Positions 14,712-27,824 of a stretch of 64,000 nt of DNA are shown in pieces (the first letter of the stretch is position 1; each line of letters starts with the position of its first letter). Position numbers and translations under genes: made by a program. Under the pieces are notes generated by a model. It was not told the DNA's origin. It saw only the letters and a program-made list of their open reading frames with translations, and ran no database searches. The DNA lies in contig OZ024742.1 of the NCBI GenBank assembly GCA_964016885.1, positions 320,044,001 to 320,108,000 of the forward strand. Reading direction: 5' to 3'. Source of the DNA: Eledone cirrhosa (Eukaryota).

Positions 14712-15184
14712 GGGAGGGGGAGAAAGGGAGAGAAAAAGAGAGAGATAGCTAGATATATACTCCACACATCACACACACATCACACACACACAGACACACA
14801 CACAGAACTGCTAGTACATCTATATACTGGCTTATAATTACCTTCGTGAGGAATAGAAATGATGCAAGGTTTTTCTGATGCATGGGATTTCTAAACATAC
14901 ACGCATACAGTCGTACACTAGCACATACTTACCTATCCTCTCCCCATACACACCCAAGCATATATATATATATATAATTGGAGGCTTAGTAAAATCGAAT
15001 CCTTGACGATGTGCAAGCAAATTCGACCTACGATATGAATGGGTTAGTAAAGCCGACAAGAGTAGGTCCTTGGAGTAATAACATACGTTTAAATAGCTTG
15101 ACAAATTGAACATTGTGGTAGGCAAAATCTAACACACAATACCAAAGTAACGAAAGAACTAACAGGTTGAAAAAATACACCAAT

Positions 15185-15276
<92 letters not shown>

Positions 15277-16918
15277 TAACTAAATTGTGTTATGTCTGAT
15301 CTCCAGACCTATCCATCCTGGCAGATGTCATAATATCTCAAGGCTGAATCTCTTTTTAACAGTCGCATTTTCGATGTTCCTCTTGGTCAAAGTTAGGTTG
15401 GAGGTCGGTAGAGTGCCTGTATCTTCTGGCGACTAAAGTACCAGCCCTGAGATGGTGCTGTCCACTCCCCTTCTAACTGTTGCATTTTGGATGTTCCGCT
15501 GGATTATGAGAAGGAGGGTCGATAAAGTGTCTGTGCCGTCTAGCGATTGCATGGCCACCTAAAATAATTAGCGCAGGAATGATACATATAACTAAGTCAT
15601 ACTCGATTTCGAGTGACGGCCGTACTATGATATCCACTTTATCATGATTCCAAATCTGCGTGATAGGAGACGTTGATTAGTTCGACCCTGTACTTGGTTA
15701 ACATTTATTTTATCGACCTCTGTAACACTGAACAACAGATATGAGCTGAGCTCGGTATGGTTTGAACTCAAAACGTAAAGGTTCGCATCTAAATACCGCG
15801 TTGCGTTTTATTCGCCACTCTGCCGTTTCTGCCATCAACTGATATATATCGATTATTTTACTTATTTTAACAATCCTTGTAAGACTGAAATCGGTACAAT
15901 TTCATCTCAAACCATAAAGGTACGCATCTAAAAATACCACAGATCATTTTGTTCATCACATTTTGTTTCTGCCATTACATCATATACTATAGATTATTCA
16001 CTGATTCATCTGACTATCTACATACATTCATAGGCATATGACACCACCCCATACACTCGTTGCATATTTTTCTCACAAAACTTACATACACTCACCAATA
16101 TAAGCCTAGCCTAGAAACCTTAGAAATCAACAACCGACTTCTCGAAAACACCCTACAATGAAGCGTTGACACATGCAGTCTTTTTCATTTGTACCAAAAA
16201 GCAGCAGTCGTACACATCCCAATAATGTGATATGATATTTTCGCACAAACAATCTGCTAAGCTATAAAAAATATTATTTTCCACTACACAAGTAAGACTT
16301 TGACATCTCTGTAACAGATTCATGGTGACCAGAAAATTCTTTGCATAACGAACACTCGTTTACAAAATGTTATAACTAGACATTTGTTAGAGTTTGTATA
16401 CATAGGAGAATTTGCCCTAAATTATATATTATATCAACCACCACAAAAAAGAAATCATTACACCATATCGAAGGAAATGTTACCCAGTTAAAAGGAAAAT
16501 AAAAAAGAACTCAACCTGATCAACATTCGTAAACAAATGATCCGTCGTTATATAGTATCATTATCTCACTGTTTTGACTATTTCTTGTTTTAACCAGAAG
16601 AAAACTAACATAACATTATAGGTGTCCCTACATATGCAGGCATACACAGCTTTCTGGTTGGGAATTACGTGATTTCGAGTTCGACCTTGCTGCTCGGTAT
16701 ATAATGCATGTATCTTCTACAGTAGCCTCGAGTAGACCAATAATTTATAGCCTAAATTTAATACACGAAAATTGTATGAAAACGTGCATTATGTATGTAT
16801 GTATGTATGTATGTATGTATGTATGTATGTATGTATGTATGTATGTATGTATGTATGTATGTATGTATGTATGTATGTATGTATGTATGTATGTATGTAT
16901 GTATGTATGTATGTATGT

Positions 16919-17779
16919 TTTGGTTTTATAATTTCACAATAGAGAGAGTCGGTTTCTAACATAGACACAAGACTCTCCCATTGGAATTTACACAACATCA
17001 ACTAGGTAGATATGTATGCATGTCTGCGTGCATGCATGTGTAGATATGGATGTTATTGTATGTGTGGATGCGTATGTTTTGAGTTGTATCTGTACATGTG
17101 TATATGCAGTTATTAGATACAACATTTTGGAATGGTTTACATATTTTTACTGTTCTATTAATGGATTGTACTTGTAATTTCCTAACTAGTGTTTTTTCTG
17201 TTCCTGTGAAGCCCAGCTTCCCCAGATTTGTATTGAGGCAGTTACTAACATATCCCAGTGCCCCAATAATCACAGGCATAAATCTGAAGGTATAATCAGG
17301 GTGGAGTATCTGCAGATTTCTCATCAGTTCTGCATAAATATTCTCCTTTTCGCTAATCTTTGATATTATATTGGCATCTGCTGGACAGCTAACTTCCACT
17401 ACTGTGCACGCCTTCTTTTCCCTATCCCATATCATAATATCTGGTCTGTTATGCCTGCATTTTATTGGGGTTTTTACTGGAACATTCCACCAGTACTCTT
17501 TCATATTATGTAATGTATGTCTTCCACATTGCTATAGCTTTTAATGTGTTTATTATCAGGGCTATCTTTTCTACGGATTGCATTGTACAGTGTTTTGGCA
17601 CTACATCATGCTTTATATGTAGATAGTACCGCGATGACATCTTTGGACAGCTGCTTATGACATAGATGACATCTTCGATGTTAATTCTTCAGAGTCTGCA
17701 CTTGTTATCACGTCTAGGTGTTTTGCCTGCATCCCTATCTCTTTTGTGAATCAGATATTTCGTGTTGATTTCTTGATTT
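16919..17779 (-). mobile_element. 5'-truncated R4/Dong-like non-LTR retrotransposon (zinc knuckle + restriction-like endonuclease + 3' UTR)
   Basis: CRL..ED...SSCPKM..HD zinc-knuckle remnant, then RHNRPDIMIWD...EVSCP...EKENIY...PVIIGALG. (TATG)n on both sides. Confidence 0.85.
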
Positions 17780-17833
17780 TATGTATGTATGTATGTATGT
17801 ATGTATGTATGTATGTATGTATGTATGTATGTA

Positions 17834-18283
17834 TGATGTTGACATGTTCTTCTTTTTGGTAAATATTATCTTGGTTAAGAGAGTGGGACTGGCTTTGTGC
17901 AGTGCCTTTGCTCACTATAAAAGCTTCACGGCACAGGCATTGCTTTATATCTGGAGATCTCTCTGCACTTGTCGTCACATGGTACCATGGGCCCAGCACT
18001 ATGTGTCAATAATTGTCACAAGTGTAGTGTTTGTACCAGAGTTTTCAAGTCGCTGGCTGGACTAAAAATTCACACTCGTTCAGCGCATCGGTAGGAGTTC
18101 TCCTACATGGATATAATGTAGTGGCCGTACTCTAAAACGAGTTGGCAGCCACCATGTATATATGTATATCAGGGCACCCTCGAGTGTTACTGGTAACATG
18201 TAACCCAGTACAACCTGTCTCATAGTCGGGTCGTCGGCGACAAAACCGGCAACGCCACCAAGCTTGCTTGGGGAGGAGGGTGA
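17834..18283 (+). mobile_element. Family V tail-to-head junction (3' part of one copy + 5' part of a diverged copy)
   Basis: 17834-18155 is the reverse complement of 49504-49822. 18170-18283 resembles 48860-48968. Confidence 0.8.
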
Positions 18284-18285
18284 AT

Positions 18286-18773
18286 GAAAAAAAGCACTTG
18301 AAACACACAAAATAATCAAAAGCAAAAGACAACCTAAAGCACTAAAAACATTACTCACCAATGCCAAATTACCCACCAGAAACCCAAAACTAACTGTCAA
18401 AAATGTGGTCGCTCTAATTGCGGAACTTCCACTCACCTCATTGAAGGCACCATGTATACATTTCAATCAGGACAAAATTTTGTTGTAAAACATCACTTCA
18501 CTTGCTCATCAAAAAATTTACTTTATGCCATTAAATGTAAAGGGTGGAATGAAGATTATATAAGGCAAACTAAACTCACCCTCAGAAACAGATGACAATT
18601 CATCGCCAACAATTACGAGACCCTACCACAAGACAGATACTACTCAGTGGACATCTAGACACCCAAATTCCAACTCTTCCCACTTTATCTTTGCACTGGC
18701 AATACAACAGACCAAATACGAATAAATAAGGAAAATATGTTTATTCAAAAATATATACTAACATTAAATATAG
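18286..18773 (+). pseudogene. Neptune-type Penelope-like element fragment (Cys linker + GIY-YIG), frameshifted
   Basis: Translates as KSKRQPKALKTLL..CGRSNCGT..FTCSSKNLLYAIKC..YIRQT..LRNR..HRQQLRD..SGHLD..KENMFIQKY..LN. Confidence 0.85.
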
Positions 18774-18918
18774 TTTAATATACGAATCAAATGCAAGACA
18801 AACCACAAACCCTCCATCTCAATTCTACTTTTGAAAAGCATAAGAACTGTGAAATTGGTAAAGGAATAAATAAATATTCTTAAAAAGACTCCAATTGCAT
18901 TTTCGATTTCTTTTCCTC

Positions 18919-19046
<128 letters not shown>

Positions 19047-20404
19047 AATTTTAAACTTATCGATGTTTCTGAAAAAATCACACAAATGTCGTAAATGACC
19101 ATGAGCATGTGTGAGTGAGAGAGAGAGAGAGAGAGAGAGAGAAAGGGGTTGTCCTATTAAAGAGAAAAAAAGTAAGATAGATAGATGGATAGAGAAAGAG
19201 AGAGAGACAGACAGAGGGGCAGAGAGAGAGAGAGAGAGAGACAGATAGATAGATAGATAGATATATAGATAGTTAGATTGATAGATAGATGAATGGATGG
19301 GTGGACAGATAGATAGATCGGTCGTTACACGGGTCAGATGAAAGGTATGTAGAAAGGAAAGTATGTGTCTATGGTTTTTGTTTCTGGACATATGTAAAGT
19401 GAACATAAGGAATATAAGGGCGGGTGTAGGATGTCCTTTTTCACGTGATTACATGCCACGTGGGTTTAGTCAATACAATAGAGGGTTTTACCTGGATATG
19501 GCTAATCACATACCCCCACCCCAACCCCACCCATTCAGTCTGCATCTTTACTGTCTATAATCTGCCATCCACCACCACACCCAATCCTGAGTTAAGCCCA
19601 TACATAGCATTCCTCATGATAAGAGTGGATTTAAGTAAAATATTTCCCCACTTGCTACACACACACACCACACACACGCGCGCGCACACACACACATACA
19701 CACGCGCACACACAAACGTATATATGTGTGTGTGTGTGTGTGCGTTGTGTTCACTGAAAGTCGCTTGCTGTTATATATTGAGGACGGAGCAATTTCGATA
19801 ACAATAACCGGCTGATTATGTTAAACAGAGCATATAAGTATACACGCTCACAGATGCATGCATATATGCATATGTATATGACAGTCTGTCTCGGTGCTTA
19901 TGTGTATATATACTGTTAACTAGCAGTACCATAAATAGAGCTAGAAGAAATAAGTATCAGACTAGAAAAAAAATTATCTTTTTAAACTCTACTAGGGCCA
20001 TATTATCGCCAAAACCCTGGAAGGCAATATTCCATCATGGCTGCAATGTATGTGTGTATTTGTGTAGACATCCCAACAGTGAGCTCGTCTGTTTCAACTC
20101 GATTCCCACAAATGTTTTTTAATGGAATCGTTGCTTCTTTGGTTTCTATGTTGTTGTAGCCAGTATTGAAATACGATGGGGAAATATACGGAGTTATGTT
20201 ATTTAATCTCGTCAAATATTGGTTTGAAACCCACTCCTGAGGAAGTAAACGCTCCCTATATTTGCAGGTGCGGACGACAAAGTTCAGGAAAAAGACATAA
20301 TTTTTATCTTTTAAGATAAAAATTATATACCTTTTTATTTTGCCTAATTATTTTGCCTAATTATTTTGCCTTATTATTTTACCTTTTTATTTTGCTTGTT
20401 ATGT

Positions 20405-20675
20405 GCCTTGGCAAAAGTTTTTTTTCATCTGAGAAAAAACCCAACATGTTTTATACTAGAAGATGCTTTAACTTGTTCACCAACTCCCTGGCCATCTTCA
20501 TGGGGTTTCCCCAGGACTTCTGAATGAGCAGCTGTCCTGTCTGCATCTTGTAAGATTTGTAACGAAGGTCTTAATTCGTAAAAGTCCTGATAGTCTTCTC
20601 ATCACAGCCAAGTTGCCTGGCAAGCTCATGTATCCCAATGGAGAGGTATTCCTCAATGAACTGCTTAACTTTCTA
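20405..20675 (-). pseudogene. Second maT-like transposase fragment
   Basis: ELARQLGCDEKTIR..DLRYKSYKMQTGQLL..NKLKH..FFSDEK. Confidence 0.75.
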
Positions 20676-20683
20676 TATGAGTG

Positions 20684-20715
<32 letters not shown>

Positions 20716-21891
20716 TTCCGGGTTCGATTCCACTGCGTACCATTTTGGATACGTGTTATTTGCCGAAGCCTCGGGTCGATCCAAGCCTTGTGAGTTCGAA
20801 TTATGTTAAAACCACAAGTGTCTGTGGAATACTCGACCACTTAAACGTTAATTCCATGAGCAAATGGAACACTTATCATCGATATATATATATATCATAT
20901 GGACTTCAGTCGGTTATATGAATGTGTGTGTGTGTGTGTGTGCGCGCGCGCGCGCATGTGTGTGTGTGTGTGTATAAGGGTTGCACACATTAATCGGTTT
21001 TGATATCGACCGTGGGTGAGAGGGAAATTGGATTCCACAATCTGAAATCCACCAGTAACTTATTTCCGAGATCACACAATCTACGCCCACCAGGGAAAAT
21101 ATGACGTCGCTCTGCTGAAAATGAGTATCAGCTGTAGCTGCGGGTCAACGCTTTCTGTGTCTTGGCGCCTACTTAAACGGCACCAGTGAGCCACTAGAAA
21201 AACACGTTTTTCTGCCAAGCCGTGCCCATCCCAACAAAAGTTTAGAATAATGTCCGTTTGATAAAGAAAGGTCATAATGTCGGATATTGTAGAGTTTCAT
21301 TACTAACCATGTTGAAACACCTCACCATTTTTATATGTTTTGATCATTGACTGTGTGTAGGACTCTGGAACAGTCTTTACGCGTTCTGTCTTTTATTATA
21401 GAATTGGAAAAAATCGTAGGAGCGCCGGATAGAATGTTTTACAGTATTCGTTTCAGTACTGTACTCTGCGCTCACGAGTTCGAATCTCGCCAAGATCAAT
21501 TTTTCCTTTCATTTTATTGCAGGTCTATAAAATATAGTACCAGTGATACACTGGGGACGATTTAAGCGGCTTTCACCTCCCCTACCCAAATTACTGAACC
21601 TAAATTAGAAATCATTATTTTTCCCAAGGTCACAAGAATTTTGTGAAGGAGGGAGATCTGGACCGAGTGGAATCCGCAAATGCAACCAAGGGCAATATGT
21701 GGTGCACTGACCATGTTATTAGTAAGAAATTTCATGGCTAACATGACAATTGTTGTCACCGTCTGTCATCTGGTTATTGACCATCCTACTCTGGTCAGTA
21801 TACCACATACTTCTCACCAATAGTTTCAAGGCCTAGTTGCTATATCTCTTTTCAAGCAGCTGTTGAATATAAAGAAGCAATGAAAACCAAG

Positions 21892-21923
<32 letters not shown>

Positions 21924-21925
<2 letters not shown>

Positions 21926-22032
21926 CAAAGAGGGTGTGGTAAGATACCAGGTGGACCGTAACGCACCAGGGTACTCAATACTTAGGTTAGTAGAGTGGGT
22001 AATAGGAAAAGAGTCAGGACCCCGATGGCTAA
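21924..22032 (-). mobile_element. Family X terminal fragment (tail)
   Basis: Reverse-complement match to 25330-25435, abutting (TA)n. Confidence 0.8.
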
Positions 22033-22167
22033 GCACACATACTCTTTTACATACCCTCATACACAAACACACACACACATATATATATACATATGCACCT
22101 GAGCACTATACACAATAATTTCATTTTTTTTTTCAGATATATATATATATAAAGTTATAGCATATAT

Positions 22168-22455
22168 ATAGGAAATGAGTCAGAACCCCGACGGCTGACC
22201 TCCGGCCGTTTCTACAGTTCGGATCTAGCTGTCGAGCCGGTCGGAGTTCAGCCGTCGGGATCCTTACTCTTTTCCTATTACCCACTCTAATACACTAAGT
22301 ATTGAGTACTCTGGTGCCTTATTGTCCACCTTACATAAATCCCGGCACTACTACCAGGGCTTCGATTTCGTAGATTTTTAACCCACCATGCGAGTCCGGA
22401 TCTAGCTGTCGAAACGGCCGGAGCTCAGCCGTCGGGGTCCTGACACTTTTCCTAT
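22168..22455 (+). mobile_element. Family X fold-back mini-insertion plus second terminal fragment
   Basis: Arms 22168-22217 and 22229-22278, then tail to ~22330. A second HHR 3' half at 22395-22455 ends at TTCCTAT|(AT)n. Confidence 0.8.
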
Positions 22456-23118
22456 ATATATATTTGGCCAGAGATGAATATTTCCAGATTCCTTTTAAGT
22501 GTAACTTTCCGTATTTATTATTACTATGAAATAATATCTCTGTTTTTAGCCTAAGAAAATACCTATATGCGTGTATAAATAATACATGCATATATTTATT
22601 TTTTTTAAATCTAATTGAGTTCTTCACACGTAAGGTTAAAATTATTTTATTATGTTTCGCGATGACCTCCCCTTTCCGCTTGATGACAGTGTGAAATTTC
22701 TCATTCTGAGACTGCTGGAATTTCAAATTTGGCGGTCATTCTGATACGGAGAGGGAACATCGTTGGACATTGAATATCGGTAGGAAAGTTTTTTTTATAT
22801 CGATGTTTGATGGGCATCCACTGATGATTTATAAGTGCCCACCTGCATATATTCCTACGGAATATGTGCAGGCTTCTACATAACCTGGACACATTTTTCC
22901 CAACTTGTAGAAAACTTATAATGAAACAATTGTTTGGAAAGGGAGATGTATTTTAATTATGTCTCATATAAAATAATACAACTGGCTATCCGAAAAATAC
23001 ATATAGTTAGCACCCCAAACGTAAAATTGGGATTATACTAAGGTATATCCTAATGTTTGTTGAGTGAGATGGAAGCCAGTCAAAGTATAGCTTGAAGCTT
23101 TCTCTGTTAATGTATTAA

Positions 23119-23192
<74 letters not shown>

Positions 23193-23303
23193 ATTGTATA
23201 TTTGATAATATAGTGTAAGTTTATTTTAAAACATTAAACATACAGTATATACTATACATACATTCGTACATACATCGCTATTTCAGAGCACTGATACTAA
23301 TTC

Positions 23304-23407
<104 letters not shown>

Positions 23408-23417
23408 AACAAGTAAG

Positions 23418-23511
23418 ACCCCGACGGCTGAGCTCAAGCCGTTTCGGCGGCTAATTCTGTACTGAATGAAAATTTATTCTGGTATTTAAATAGCCGAACT
23501 TATCAAGGGGT
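23418..23511 (-). ncRNA. Type I hammerhead ribozyme, U3-A8 variant (inverted-arm copy)
   Basis: Reverse-complement copy of 25249-25342. Confidence 0.7.
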
Positions 23512-25248
23512 AATTCCATATATGGTCAAAGAGATAATCACCAGGATTGGTCACATCACAAGTTAGTAGTAAATCTGCGATGGCAAGTTGGTGGGGGAAG
23601 GGGTAGCTAAACCTGCCGGTAGGAGAAAAAGGGAGAGGGGGGTGGAGTAGACCCATTCATGCGTTAGTAGTGCCAGCTACAGCTGGGTGTGAGGTCAAAG
23701 AGGAAACTGGGGAGGGGGAGGAGGTCGAAACGGTAAGTAGAACAATGAAAGGTAAAACTATAAAAGGTACTGAGAGAGAAAATACTATAAAAGGTACTGA
23801 GAGAGGGAAAAAAAAAAAAAAAATTAAGCAAAAACTGGTTACTAAGACATAAGTCTCTCGCTATTGCTAGGCTAAAGAGATACATAAATAAATAAATAAA
23901 CAAAAGGGAATAAAAGAATAGATAAATAAATTTAAAAAAAAAAAAAAAAAAAAAGATATATATATATATATAATGTGGAAAAAAAAAAAAATAAAAAAAA
24001 AAAAATAAAAAATAAAAATAATAGAAATAAACTAGGTGGGACGGAAATAAAGGGACCCTTATACGAGGTATAAGTGCGTGTATCGTACGGTGACGGGTTA
24101 ACAAAGGGGGGGGGCCAGAATACTAAAGAGACTACCACGAAAATAATAAAGGTTTCTACCCCAATCACAGGGCCAGCAACCACCCAGTGCAAGAAAGTAA
24201 ACTAGTACGAGAATATAATACAAGGTCCCGCAAAAAAATACTAGTGCTAACTCTAAGGGTACCGCCACGAAACGGAAAGTCTTATACAAGCTACAAGAAA
24301 GATCGTACGAAGTAAAAGTAAAGAACGGAAAATTAATACAGGAACCCCCCCCCCCCCCCCCCCCAAAAGGGAAAAAGAAGAAAGAAATACTGGATAAACG
24401 AGAAATTAAAGCAAAGATCCAACTAAGAAATATAGAAGGCACGGAAAAAAGGGACAGCGGTCGGAGAAGGGGGCGAGTATCCGAAGTCTAACACCTATGC
24501 TATAAAAAGCGGAGTCAGCCAAATTTATCATAGAATAGGGGAGGGGTGGGGGTGCTGAAGCTACAAGGGACCGATGGGCTACCTCGAGTGGGCGAGAAAA
24601 AGACGACGACAAAGAAAGGGAACTGGGGTAGAAGGACTAGGGAGGGAAGGGGGGAAGGAGGAAATATAGTGGAAACGATAAAAGAAAGTAAAAGAAGATC
24701 TCACGTCTCCATTGGCAAGCAGGGGTTACCCATTACAAAATAGGCAAGTGGGGTGTTATAGCCCTAGTCTTTTTTTTCTTCTTTTTTTTTTCCACATTAT
24801 ATATATATATATATCTTTTTCTTTTTTTTTAAATTTATTTATCTATTCTTTTATTCCCTTTTATTTATTTATTTATTTATGTATCTCTTTAGCCTAGCAA
24901 TAGCGAGAGACTTATGTCTTAGTAACCAGTCTTTGCTTTTTTTTTTTTTTTTTTTCCTCTCTCAGTACCTTTTATAGTTTTTTCTCTCTCAGTACCTTTT
25001 ATAGTTTTACCTTTCATTGTTCTACTTACCGTTTCGACCTCCTCCCCTCCCCAGTTTCCTCTCTGACCTCACATCCAGCTGTAGCTGGCACTACTAACGC
25101 ATGAATGGGTCTACTCCAACCCCTCTCCCATTTTCTCCTACCGGCAGGTTTAACTACCCCTTCCCCCACCAACTTGCCATCACAGATTTACTACTAACTT
25201 GTGATGTGACCAATCCTGGTGATTATCTCTTTGACCATATATGGAATT

Positions 25249-25342
25249 ACCCCTTGATAAGTTCGGCTATTTAAATACCAGAATAAATTTTCATTCAGTA
25301 CAGAATTAGCCGTCGAAACGGCTTGAGCTCAGCCGTCGGGGT
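25249..25342 (+). ncRNA. Type I hammerhead ribozyme, U3-A8 core variant (family X)
   Basis: ACCCC-TTGATAA-stem II (CGGCTA/TAGCCG, long loop)-GAAACGGCT-tgagctc-AGCCGTC|GGGGT. Predicted cut after 25337. Confidence 0.75.
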
Positions 25343-25432
25343 CTTACTTGTTCCTATTACCACTCTACTACCCTAAGTATTGAGTACTTTGGTGCGTTAT
25401 GGTCCACCTGGTTCCTTACCACATTTCCTTCG

Positions 25433-25491
<59 letters not shown>

Positions 25492-25717
25492 ATTATATAT
25501 ATATATATTATATATATATATATATCATATATATATATATTATATATATATATTATATATGTCGTAAGGTTGCAAAGATGCGTCCATAGACGGTATGCCG
25601 GTTGAATCCAGAGTCAGGTTCGATCCACAAACTGATCGCACCTCGAACTGTTCGCCGGAGAAACAATTGTAATACGTAATAAATTGTGTTCCGATACATA
25701 ACTGATTCTTCGTTTTC

Positions 25718-25796
<79 letters not shown>

Positions 25797-25799
<3 letters not shown>

Positions 25800-26771
25800 T
25801 TAATATAGATGAGATTCTACAGGACTAGAACTGTTTCATTCATAAGAAATCATCAGGAATCTGGGTATCAAAAAATAAATATGGTATTTATAGGTCTCTA
25901 CAAGTGCTAGGAGAGGGTGGGGAGTGGGATGGGTGCAGGTCATTGGTTGATAGAGAAGGGAATTCATTAAAAGCTAATTCTACATAGCTATAGTTAATTT
26001 ATATTTATTTATGTTTTATATATATATGTGTGTGTGTTTTTATGTGTGTATATGTGTTTATGTGTGTGTTTATGGTTGCGCGTAAGTGTGTGAGTGAGTA
26101 TGTGTGTTTTTTTTGTGTTTTTTTAGGTGTGGTTTTTTTTGTTTTTTTGTTTTTTTGTTTTTTGGGGTTTTTTTGTTTTTTTGTGAATGTGTCTGTTGAT
26201 TTGGCATATTGTTGATTAGTTTAAGAGAAGTTCGAAGATAATAGTAAGATATGCACTCAGTATTTTGAATCTGTCTGCAGAATTCCCTAGACCTTTGTCA
26301 CTTAGCAGAACTTAATGACTTTAGCTTTTAAAGAATCTCCCTTTTCCTTAATTCTATCGAGCATGAATGACCCCCCACTGATTTTATAGACATCTGCTAG
26401 CTTAAGAGAAACTTATTGACAAGGAATGGTATGCCTTCCGGAACCTGTTTATAGAATTCTGTCTGCCTTTGTTACTCTAAAAACATAAATAAATATAAAT
26501 TAACTATAGCTATGTAGAATTAGCTTTTAATGAATTCCCTTCTCTATCAACCAATGACCTGCACCCATCCCACTCCCCACCCTCTCCTAGCACTTGTAGA
26601 GACCTATAAATACCATATTTATTTTTTGATACCCAGATTCCTGATGATTTCTTATGAATGAAACAGTTCTAGTCCTGTAGAATCTCATCTATATTAAAAC
26701 TGTTATACTCTGCTATGTATTGAGTACCTTACTTACTGTGGTTACCTCCGATTCAACCCGGAATAACGTAC
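25797..26771. mobile_element. PLE-type fold-back element (family Y) with ~220-bp inverted arms and tail
   Basis: 25797-26017 is the reverse complement of 26480-26700. Right arm has a ~70-nt tail. (TA)n flanks. Confidence 0.85.
26635..26685 (+). ncRNA. Minimal type I hammerhead ribozyme (family Y)
   Basis: AGATTC-CTGATGA-tTTCttatGAAt-GAAACAG-ttctagtc-CTGTA|GAATCT. GUA cleavage triplet, CTAG palindrome in loop III. Mirror copy on the minus strand at 25812-25862. Confidence 0.8.
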
Positions 26772-26821
26772 TATATATATATATATATATATTAATTTAT
26801 GCATTCATGTGTGTGTGTGTG

Positions 26822-26873
<52 letters not shown>

Positions 26874-27372
26874 CATATATATAGAGAGAGATATAGATAG
26901 ACATAGATAGATAGATATAGATATAGATATAGAGAGAAAGAGAGCGATGAGAGAAAGAAGAAGGAGGAGAAAGAGAGAGGAAAACAATTATAAATCCAAT
27001 CGTTAATCAGTTAACTCTTTCAAGTTCATAGCAACTTGAGCCAGTTGTAATTGGCTCTCATATATTAGTACAAATTATTTTTAGCTGTAAATCTTACTGT
27101 GAATGAATAAATTTCTTCAAGAGAAGTTGAACTGCTTAAACAGTTTAAATATAGCTAAAAGCTTTTTCACCATAAAGCCAACCCCTTTTTTAAAGTTCAT
27201 ACGGGGCCAGGTTAAAGCAACAAAAGGTTTTAGACTAGAGAACATTTGAAACAGGCATGACTGTGTAGTTAAAGAGTATGCGTCGTAACCACTTGGTTTT
27301 GGATTTTGCTTTCACTGTGGGTCACCATGGCTCAGGTTGACCAATACTTTGTGAGTGAAATTGATATAATAC

Positions 27373-27552
27373 CAGTGCCAGATTACCTTAATAGCAACAG
27401 TAGCATTTGCTATGGGCCCCGCATTTTTAGGGTCTCCTAAATATATCATATTATACACTATACTGTCTTTCAACGTTATGTCACTTATTTTTTAATTTAC
27501 GCTCCCTTTATAGAAGATGCTGTAGGCCCTGCTCTAACCTAGTCCGGCACTG
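27373..27552. mobile_element. hAT-type MITE
   Basis: TIRs CAGTGCCAGATTA / TAGTCCGGCACTG, TSD TATAATAC / ATTAATAC. Confidence 0.7.
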
Positions 27553-27570
27553 ATTAATACTATAATAGGT

Positions 27571-27824
27571 GAAGGCGCATGGCTTAGTGGTTAGAACATT
27601 GAGCTTGCAATAGAAAGGTTATGAGATCAATTCTCGGACCAGGTGATGTGTTGTTTCCTTGAGCAAGACATTTTATTTCACGTTGCTCCAGTTTACTCAG
27701 CTGTAGAAATGAGATGATAGGACTGGGGTCCCTATCATTAAATCACCCAAGACACCTCCAATGAGATATACCTTGGAAGAGGCCAGCTAAACCTACATAG
27801 GTGTGAGCTGTTACACACACACAC
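27571..27824 (+). mobile_element. tRNA-derived SINE with CORE-like domain, (AC)n tail and 15-bp TSD
   Basis: A box TGGCTTAGTGG, B-box-like GATCAATTC, core TCCTTGAGCAAGACA. TSD AATACTATAATAGGT at 27556-27570 and 27825-27839. Confidence 0.88.

Noticed and set aside
22812-22875. CTGATGA with nearby hairpin as a hammerhead
   Set aside because: No GAAA or stem III in the proper position.
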